Origin: Bacteroidales bacterium
GTDB taxonomy: Bacteria; Bacteroidota; Bacteroidia; Bacteroidales; UBA7960
Direction of reading: 5' to 3'
Length of the DNA: 64,000 nucleotides
Assembly (NCBI GenBank): GCA_035477775.1
Contig: DATIKH010000080.1
Coordinates: 41-64,040 of the forward strand
In this document: positions 57,625 to 64,000 of the stretch, piece by piece
Layout of the letters: each line of letters opens with the position of its first letter
Position numbering within the stretch: the stretch's first letter is position 1
Notes under the pieces: model-generated
Told to the model about the DNA's origin: nothing
Database searches by the model: none
Seen by the model: only the letters and a program-made list of their open reading frames with translations
Made by a program: the position numbers and the translations under genes

Positions 57625-58653
57625 TTACTTTTGTCTCCCCCGAATTACTATCTGTATGGTTTGTAGTAAGATTTTGAAATCTTCTGCAAGCGACATCCTA
57701 TCCAGATAAAGAAGGTCGTAATGCAATCGGGCGATCATTTCTTCCAAATTTTCAGTATAACCATTGCAAACCTGCCCCTTGCCTGTTATTCCGGGTTTAA
57801 CCATCAAGAGCAGTTGATAATTAGGTTCTTTTTGCATGATCTGGTCAATGTAATATTTTCTTTCAGGCCTGGGTCCTACAATCGACATGTTTCCTATTAA
57901 AACATTATAAAATTGTGGAATTTCATCGAGCCGTATCTTTCGCATAAATCGTCCGAAAGGAGTAACCCGCGGATCCTTCTCAAATGATAATTGCGGCCCA
58001 TACTTTTCGGCATCTATATACATCGACCTGAATTTGTGTATTTTAAAAGGTTTTGCATGAAACCCTATGCGTTCCTGTCTGAAAATTACCGGACCCTTAG
58101 AGGTGGCTTTAATAATTATAGAAACCAGCAATGCAATAGGGGACAGTAGAATAAGCACTGCAAATGAAATAGTAATATCTAGAAGTCGTTTTATTCGCTT
58201 TTGCCAGGCAGGCATGAACTCCATGCTCATGTCCTGAATGGGAGCAACCAATCCGCCACTCAACAGAAATTCACATAGCAGTTTTTTGCACAGCCTGGGG
58301 GCTATTTTTACGGTAATATCTGATTTGTAAAGACAGGTAAGAATTTTTGAAATACGATGGTACTCGTTGGGTTCAATAGCCACAATCGCTTCTCCAATTC
58401 CATTGTTTAGCAGGATTTGAGACAGCTCATCTACCTTGCCCAATTCGGGTAAATAGTCACTCAATAGGTGTTCACCATGCTCATCTAATGCCACATATCC
58501 TTTGAAAAGGTTTTCATGCCGCTTTTGCCTGAAACAATGGTCTTCATAATAGGCTACTGCAGTTTGCCGGCTGCCAATCATGATAGATTTTGGCTCCGGA
58601 TGTTCGTTGTTGATGCAATCGGGTTGGAGTAAGGGGTTTGGGCTCTTATTCAT
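57625..58653 (-). CDS. Polyprenyl-phosphate sugar-phosphate transferase (bacterial sugar transferase family)
   Basis: TM segment LDITISFAVLILLSPIALLVSIII followed by GPVIFRQERIG...IPQFYNVLIGNMSIVGPRPE...DLLYL. Confidence 0.85.
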   Translation of the reverse strand: MNKSPNPLLQPDCINNEHPEPKSIMIGSRQTAVAYYEDHCFRQKRHENLFKGYVALDEHGEHLLSDYLPELGKVDELSQILLNNGIGEAIVAIEPNEYHRISKILTCLYKSDITVKIAPRLCKKLLCEFLLSGGLVAPIQDMSMEFMPAWQKRIKRLLDITISFAVLILLSPIALLVSIIIKATSKGPVIFRQERIGFHAKPFKIHKFRSMYIDAEKYGPQLSFEKDPRVTPFGRFMRKIRLDEIPQFYNVLIGNMSIVGPRPERKYYIDQIMQKEPNYQLLLMVKPGITGKGQVCNGYTENLEEMIARLHYDLLYLDRMSLAEDFKILLQTIQIVIRGRQK

Positions 58654-58661
58654 GGCACGTT

Positions 58662-59648
58662 CTAACCGTAAACACGGATATTTCCTTCAATTTTTTCCAT
58701 GATCTGGTATGCCAGTTCGAGTGAGTTGTACCCGTCTTCAATGGTTACAGGAGGCTCAGTATTTTGCTCGATGGAGTGCCTGAAAGTTTCAAGTTCGGTT
58801 TTGATGGCATTGATAGGCTGAATCTCCGGTTTTTCAACAGTGATCTGTCTTTTTCCACGTCCTTCGCCAAGATCAAGAATCAGCGCCATGGGATCTTCAT
58901 TGTTTTCAATGGAGTTGATCCTGATAATTTCGGTTTGCTTCGTGAGAAAATCCACTGCAATGTAACCGTTGCGTTGGAAGAACCTTGTTTTTCTCATGTT
59001 CTTCATGGAAATACGGCTTGCAGTAAGATTAGCAACGCAACCGTTGTTGAACTCTACGCGTGCATTGGCAATGTCGGGGGTCTCAGAAACGATGGACACG
59101 CCGCTGGCCGAAATTTTTCTGACAGGAGATTTTACCACATGCAGAATGATATCCAGGTCGTGAATCATTAAATCAAGAATCACCGGCACATCGGTACCTC
59201 TGGGATTGAATTGCGCCAGGCGGTGAATCTCGATAAACATTGGATTATTCAGGAAGGGTGATGCTGCAATAAAGGCAGGGTTGAACCGCTCCACATGGCC
59301 TACCTGAACCTTAACGTTGGCTTCGCGTGCAAGTTCTATAAGGCTCCTGGCTTCCGAAAGTGTAGTAGTAAGCGGTTTCTCAATAAACACATGCCTGGAA
59401 CGGCGAAGGGCCTTTGAGGCGTTTTCGTAGTGAGAGATGGTGGGAGTAACAATGTCAACCATCTGGCAGGCCTCTATCAGTTCATCTGCTGATGCAAACC
59501 TTTTTATGCCAAAAGTTTTTTCAACTTCGGCCGAGATGGTTGGATTGGGATCGTAAAAACCCAAAAGGTCGAAATGCTCCGACTCAAGAATACATCTGAT
59601 ATGTATTTTCCCCAAGTGCCCTGCACCAAGAACACCAATATTTCTCAT
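58662..59648 (-). CDS. Gfo/Idh/MocA family oxidoreductase
   Basis: Rossmann N-terminus IGVLGAGHLGKIH, EKPL motif (VFIEKPLT). 8 nt upstream of the sugar transferase. Confidence 0.85.
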   Translation of the reverse strand: MRNIGVLGAGHLGKIHIRCILESEHFDLLGFYDPNPTISAEVEKTFGIKRFASADELIEACQMVDIVTPTISHYENASKALRRSRHVFIEKPLTTTLSEARSLIELAREANVKVQVGHVERFNPAFIAASPFLNNPMFIEIHRLAQFNPRGTDVPVILDLMIHDLDIILHVVKSPVRKISASGVSIVSETPDIANARVEFNNGCVANLTASRISMKNMRKTRFFQRNGYIAVDFLTKQTEIIRINSIENNEDPMALILDLGEGRGKRQITVEKPEIQPINAIKTELETFRHSIEQNTEPPVTIEDGYNSLELAYQIMEKIEGNIRVYG

Positions 59649-59688
59649 ACTTGCTGTGGATTGGTTTAAAGGTTAAACATTGTTTGTG

Positions 59689-59699
59689 ATGGTATGGCA
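59689..59699 (+). repeat. 11-nt exact direct repeat ATGGTATGGCA, copy 1
   Basis: Read directly. Recurs at 59767-59777 (78 nt apart) in the divergent intergenic region. Confidence 0.9.
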
Positions 59700-59766
59700 A
59701 AGGTATGATTTTTTAAATACGGTTTTGATGACGCTTTTGGCAACTGTACTATTTTTCACAAACTAT

Positions 59767-59777
59767 ATGGTATGGCA
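59767..59777 (+). repeat. 11-nt exact direct repeat ATGGTATGGCA, copy 2
   Basis: Read directly. Confidence 0.9.
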
Positions 59778-59867
59778 TTGGAAGCAAACAGGAGCTTGTT
59801 GGTGGTAACAATTCTATTGAATATATTGATTACCTTAGCCTGAAATAATCATATTTTTTTGTAGAAG

Positions 59868-60512
59868 TTGATGATCGATAGTTACCGTCATAAGGGATTG
59901 AGGAGGAAACTTGCCGAGGAGGTTCGTGCAAAAGGTATTAAGGATGAGCGCATCATTTCGGCTATTAACACCATCCCCCGACACTATTTTCTTGATTCCT
60001 CTTTTGTGGAGTTTGCCTATCAGGATAAACCATTCCCGATTGGAGCAGGTCAAACCATAAGTCAACCATATACTGTAGCTTTCCAAACCGAACTGCTTTC
60101 CCTGAAAAAGAATGAGAAGGTGATGGAAATAGGCACCGGAAGCGGCTATCAGGTATGTGTACTGATGGAGCTTGGAGCAAGGGTGTTTAGCATTGAGCGG
60201 CAACATGAACTTTATGTAAAAGCAAAATCCTTGCTTCCGCTTATGGGCTACAACCCCCGGCTTTTTTACGGCGACGGCTATAAGGGACTGCCGGCTTTTG
60301 CACCCTTTGATAAAATCCTGATAACTGCCGCTGCACCTGAAATTCCTGGCGAACTTCTTAAACAATTAAAGATTGGTGGCTTTTTGGTTGTCCCGGTGGG
60401 ACCAGGGTCAACCCAAATAATGATGCGAATCACCAAAGTTGCCGATAATCAGTACAAGGAGGAAGAATTTGGCTTTTTTAGGTTTGTTCCGCTGCTGGGA
60501 GATAAGGAGTAA
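59868..60512 (+). CDS. pcm: Protein-L-isoaspartate O-methyltransferase
   Basis: GQTISQPYTVA, SAM motif VMEIGTGSGYQ, GGFLVVPVG. Confidence 0.92.
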   Translation: MMIDSYRHKGLRRKLAEEVRAKGIKDERIISAINTIPRHYFLDSSFVEFAYQDKPFPIGAGQTISQPYTVAFQTELLSLKKNEKVMEIGTGSGYQVCVLMELGARVFSIERQHELYVKAKSLLPLMGYNPRLFYGDGYKGLPAFAPFDKILITAAAPEIPGELLKQLKIGGFLVVPVGPGSTQIMMRITKVADNQYKEEEFGFFRFVPLLGDKE

Positions 60513-60606
60513 TCATGCCCGATAAAGGCTTTTGTTACAGATTGCATTCCAATTGATAGCTTCTAAAATAACACAGTAAATTACTTTACAGGATCTATAA
60601 ATCATT

Positions 60607-61107
60607 ATGGTGGAAAAATCCCTAATTGTGGCTTATAAAGGCATTTTTAGCCAGGAAGTAATTTTGGAGCTTGGCGAGGTATTGGCAAGGGACATAGCAT
60701 TGCTCGAAAATGAGCAATTCAGCAGGAAGGTATTTGGCGTTTTTATCGAATTGTCGCAAAACCTGAAGAATTACAGCGCCAAAAAGGATGCATCGGGCTC
60801 TGGGCAGGGAAGACTGCGGGTATTCAGAGACCAAACTTTATATTATCTGGAAACCTGCAATAGAATAACTCCTTCTGAGCGGGTTGTGTTAAAAGGCCGG
60901 ATTCAGGAAATAAACTTAATGAAAGCGGATAGGTTGAAACAAAAATACAATCAAATAAGGAGGTTTGGCAAAAGTGTTCCGGGTAGGGGTGCAGGCCTGG
61001 GGCTAATCGATATTGCCCGTCGAACAGGAAACCCGATTCGGGCTACCTTTCGAAAGATCAATGAAAACAATCTTGAACTCGTCCTAAAAGTATCCCTAAA
61101 GCCATAA
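60607..61107 (+). CDS. SiaB-family (GHKL-like) small protein kinase
   Basis: 166 aa. IVAYKGIFSQEVILELGE..., FGVFIELSQNL, GAGLGLIDIARRTGNPI. Matches the SiaB/DUF6272 pattern as I recall it. Confidence 0.65.
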   Translation: MVEKSLIVAYKGIFSQEVILELGEVLARDIALLENEQFSRKVFGVFIELSQNLKNYSAKKDASGSGQGRLRVFRDQTLYYLETCNRITPSERVVLKGRIQEINLMKADRLKQKYNQIRRFGKSVPGRGAGLGLIDIARRTGNPIRATFRKINENNLELVLKVSLKP

Positions 61108-61112
61108 ATTTC

Positions 61113-62339
61113 TCAGAATCTGGGCGTTTTGTCAAAGGCGTCGCGCAATCCGTTTCCGAGCAGCATAAATGCAAGTACCATGAACATTATGAGCAGGCCG
61201 GGCAAAAAAGCCAGGTAGCCTTTGTCGAGAATGATGAAACCATAGTGCTCTCTGATCATAGTTCCCCACGATGGCATAGGAGGTTGAACACCGATGCCCA
61301 AAAAGCTCAACCCCGCCTCAATCAGAATGGCCGAGGCAAAATTTGCTGCGGAGATTACCACTATAGGCCCCATGATATTTGGCAATATATGCCGCGTTAT
61401 AATTCTTGTGCTGCTTAACCCAAGGGCTTTAGCTGCTCCTACATATTCTTTTTCCCTTATACTTAAAACCTGCCCTCGGGCCACCCGGGCCACTTCGACC
61501 CACATCGTTAGACCCACTGCCACGAAGACCTGCCAAAAGCCTTTCCCGATGGCAAAAGTTATTGCAATTACCAGCAACAAGGTGGGAATAGACCAAATGA
61601 CATTGATAAGCCACACGATGATGTCGTCGATCCATCCGCGGAAATAGCCTCCGGCACTCCCCAATGTGAGGCCAATAACCAGCGAAATAAATACCGAAAT
61701 AAAGCCCACCGACATCGAAACCCTCGCTCCGATAATGAGTTGACTTAACAAATCGCGACCGAAGCGATCGGTGCCCAGTAAAAATCTACGGGTAACTGTA
61801 TGTTGCTTGCTGGCTGTTTCGCGCAGTTGCTCTATTGGTTTGGTTACTTTCTGCCCAGTATAGGTGATGAAAGAGATCGAATCATTCAATACCGGAATGG
61901 TTTCCTGACCAGGTTCGATCGAAAACACTACATCGGGTAGCCAGATCCGGCTTTCGAGCCCACTATAGCCAGGTTGCCCAACATAAGTTTCGTAGTATAG
62001 CCATTCGCCTTCGAACCAATAATGTTGAATAGCAATGGTGTTGTAATTTGATGGTAATCCTGATACTAGTTTTTCCAAAAAGGAAATCGTGATTTGAGGT
62101 TGGTTTTTTGCGACAAGCAGCAGGGTGGCCTCATGACCGGGTTTATGGGTAGCAATTTCCAATTGCTGGTGATTGGCGTGGGGAGTCGAATCGGGCGAAA
62201 TCAGGTAACCCAGGGTTGCCGTTAGAATACCCAGTAAAATAAAAACCAAACTACCAATGGCAAGCGGGTTTCTGCGAAACCTGCGCCACACCATTCCACT
62301 AATTGGACCCTGTATATTTTCTACCCTTTTTTTAAACAC
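61113..62339 (-). CDS. ABC transporter permease (DppC/OppC-type) with extended periplasmic N-terminal loop
   Basis: N-terminal TM segment, ~170-aa loop, then a 5-TM permease core with the EAA-type loop EYVGAAKALGLSSTRIITRHILPN. Confidence 0.8.
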   Translation of the reverse strand: MFKKRVENIQGPISGMVWRRFRRNPLAIGSLVFILLGILTATLGYLISPDSTPHANHQQLEIATHKPGHEATLLLVAKNQPQITISFLEKLVSGLPSNYNTIAIQHYWFEGEWLYYETYVGQPGYSGLESRIWLPDVVFSIEPGQETIPVLNDSISFITYTGQKVTKPIEQLRETASKQHTVTRRFLLGTDRFGRDLLSQLIIGARVSMSVGFISVFISLVIGLTLGSAGGYFRGWIDDIIVWLINVIWSIPTLLLVIAITFAIGKGFWQVFVAVGLTMWVEVARVARGQVLSIREKEYVGAAKALGLSSTRIITRHILPNIMGPIVVISAANFASAILIEAGLSFLGIGVQPPMPSWGTMIREHYGFIILDKGYLAFLPGLLIMFMVLAFMLLGNGLRDAFDKTPRF

Positions 62340-62488
62340 CCGAGAGTTTTTGATGCGACAAATTTAAAACAAAATGAAAGTATAGGCGTTTAACTTTGCA
62401 ATCGGGATTGTTTGCCCTTTTTTGGGAATCCATGAAGAGACGGCATATTTTTTGCCAACCAAGTATCTAATCAGTAAATCAATGCTCA

Positions 62489-63040
62489 ATGAAAAATATT
62501 TTCCTTATTGCGACAATAGTTGCCACAGTATTTGCAAACCTTTTTTCAGGTGAAACGAGGGCAAATCAGCCCAGAGTAAACTGGCTTACCATGGAGGAAG
62601 CGCTTGAACGCCACAGCCAAAATCCAAAAAAAATCTTTGTCGATATCTACACCGATTGGTGCGGATGGTGCAAACGCATGGAGGCCGAGACTTTTTCGCA
62701 TCCGGTAATTGTGGAATACATCAATACCAATTTTTACCCAGTAAAACTTAACGCCGAGTACCCCGGTCCAATTGTTTTCGGAGGGGTTACTTATGTAAAT
62801 GAGCAGCCTGAAAGGCGGGGCTCGCCCCACAACCTGGCGGTAGCGATTTTGCAGGGCCGCATGAGTTACCCATCAGTTGCATTTTTCGATGAACAACTTC
62901 GACTTATTTATGCATTGCCTGGCTTCAGGGCGCCGGTAAATATGGAGCCTGTCCTTGTATTTTTCGGTGAAGGAATCTATGAGGAGAATCCCAACCTCGA
63001 TTATTTTATCGCCAACTTTCAGGGCCGCATAAGCAGGTAA
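62489..63040 (+). CDS. Secreted thioredoxin-fold protein
   Basis: Signal peptide. Redox motif IYTDWCGWCKRM. Confidence 0.8.
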   Translation: MKNIFLIATIVATVFANLFSGETRANQPRVNWLTMEEALERHSQNPKKIFVDIYTDWCGWCKRMEAETFSHPVIVEYINTNFYPVKLNAEYPGPIVFGGVTYVNEQPERRGSPHNLAVAILQGRMSYPSVAFFDEQLRLIYALPGFRAPVNMEPVLVFFGEGIYEENPNLDYFIANFQGRISR

Positions 63041-63051
63041 CCGTTGCTTGG

Positions 63052-64000
63052 TTAAATTGCTGAGGCTGATTTACGCACAAGGTTCAGATACCAATTACAT
63101 ATCCTGGCATTGTAGCTGTATATGAGTTTTAAAGGTGTCTGGCCTTCTTTTTTCATTTGTCGGTCCATCTGGGAAGTAAACCGGTCGTAGCAGGCCCAGT
63201 CGGCTTTGCTCATTTTGAAGGCTATTGCCCAGGAAGGTGCCACTGGTTTCAAAAATTTTGCAATCAGCTTCACCAGTACATTCTCCTTGATCTCTTTAAG
63301 CTCTTCCTTGCCAAAATAAATGCCCAGAGGTTTGAAAAATTCTTCCTCGAGCAATTCGTCGTAAAGCCATTTGTTCTTCCTGAATTCAAAAGGTACCTGC
63401 CTGAATAGGTTTCGGAGGTCCTTGTGCCAGAGGGGCAAACGGAAGGCATATCCAAAATAAGTATATGTATGAACCGACTGGAATATGAATTTTGATGCCC
63501 TTTCTTTTGCGTACCAATCCTCTATATATACGCTGTATTTGTGATGGATAGCTGATTTTGGTGGATGATAGTCTTTATACCAGGCTGTGAGGCGACTTTT
63601 GATCTTATCGCGGGAGTTTTTTTGTAGTGGTATGAATGGATAATACTTTTTCAAAATTTGCTTAGGCAGATTTTCAAATCGACTGTTCCCGATTTCTGCA
63701 TTTTTCAAATGCCCGCCAGCTAGAAAATCGCCCCCATGTCCTGGAAGAAATACACTGTTGTCAGGTATCAAATTGTTTTCTTTCAAATACTTTACTGCAA
63801 AATACTCCTGTAGGTAAGGCATGGAATAGTTGTTTCCGGTATAGCGGCAGTATTCAAGGAAAACCGGATCGTTCAGGTAGTTTAACGGGTCAATTTTGCG
63901 GTAATCAACAAACACCCAGGGATAACCCAGTTTTTCTGCTACGCGTCGGCTTAACTCCGACTCGGTATTTGGCCTTCCGTAAGTAAAGCAAACCACTCTT
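63052..64000 (-). CDS. Asparagine synthase-related protein, C-terminal part (N-terminus lies beyond the window edge)
   Basis: The ORF stays open to the window end. Blocks CFTYGRPNTESE...VAEKLGYPW and FLPGHGGDFLAGGHL resemble the AsnB-like adenylating domain family. Confidence 0.55.
   Translation of the reverse strand, partial: RVVCFTYGRPNTESELSRRVAEKLGYPWVFVDYRKIDPLNYLNDPVFLEYCRYTGNNYSMPYLQEYFAVKYLKENNLIPDNSVFLPGHGGDFLAGGHLKNAEIGNSRFENLPKQILKKYYPFIPLQKNSRDKIKSRLTAWYKDYHPPKSAIHHKYSVYIEDWYAKERASKFIFQSVHTYTYFGYAFRLPLWHKDLRNLFRQVPFEFRKNKWLYDELLEEEFFKPLGIYFGKEELKEIKENVLVKLIAKFLKPVAPSWAIAFKMSKADWACYDRFTSQMDRQMKKEGQTPLKLIYSYNARICNWYLNLVRKSASAI

Noticed and set aside
59692-59785. TGGCA-containing repeats (also at 267 and 502) considered as sigma-54 -24/-12 promoters
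   Set aside because: No TTGC(A/T) element lies at the required spacing from the GG dinucleotide. In TGGCATTGGAAGCA the GC is 2 nt too close.
23254-63455. Nested or antisense ORFs in the second half of the window. Examples are 44206-44751 in purA, 46040-47940 in relA, 49283-50401 in glyA, 54515-55448 in tig/clpP, 56916-57419 in the DUF4294 gene, 58764-59171 in the oxidoreductase, 59835-60365 in pcm and 61294-61647 in the permease.
   Set aside because: Same reasoning: these are shadow ORFs of well-supported genes.
1-64000. CRISPR arrays, transposases/IS elements, prophage genes, toxin-antitoxin pairs or multi-gene defence systems beyond the R-M cassette
   Set aside because: I found no regularly spaced repeats of 25-40 nt and no ORF with transposase, integrase, Cas, phage structural or typical TA signatures. 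The absence is based on visual inspection only and should be confirmed with PADLOC/DefenseFinder, ISfinder and CRISPR detection tools.

Overview
The window is a chromosomal segment of a Bacteroidota genome. Supporting marks are a SusC/SusD pair, a Y_Y_Y/LuxR-type hybrid regulator, a DUF4294 protein, and TAnnTTTG promoter boxes about 15-65 nt upstream of several genes. All calls come from reading the ORF track and sequence by eye; no homology search was run.

I support about 48 protein genes and one tRNA-Leu. Most are housekeeping:
- cydABDC cytochrome bd operon
- LemA-TPM-TPM operon
- htpG
- PadR-PspC pair
- fused E1 dehydrogenase
- rubrerythrin
- purA-fur-relA
- sixA and glyA
- TPR histidine kinase
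- tig-clpP-clpX
- pcm
- envelope sugar genes

Two accessory blocks stand out.
1. A low-GC type II restriction-modification cassette of about 3 kb at 19.8-22.9 kb. It encodes an HTH controller, a Dam-like D12 methyltransferase and an AlwI-family endonuclease, with overlapping stop/start codons.
2. A beta-1,3-glucan (laminarin-type) polysaccharide utilisation locus at 23.2-43.0 kb. It ends in an MFS importer, a clan GH-A hydrolase and a 1,127-aa protein with no signal peptide. I interpret that protein as a candidate cytoplasmic GH149/GH161-like glucan phosphorylase, or otherwise an uncharacterised enzyme.

I saw no CRISPR array, transposase, integrase, phage module or recognisable multi-gene defence system other than the R-M cassette.

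The less ordinary signals are non-coding:
- a ~130-nt three-helix palindromic element just upstream of the 1,127-aa gene
- a 24-nt duplicated segment bracketing rubrerythrin, whose differences fall mostly on third codon positions
- short exact or near-exact direct repeats in three long intergenic regions

None of these amounts to a demonstrated new system. They are candidates for follow-up.
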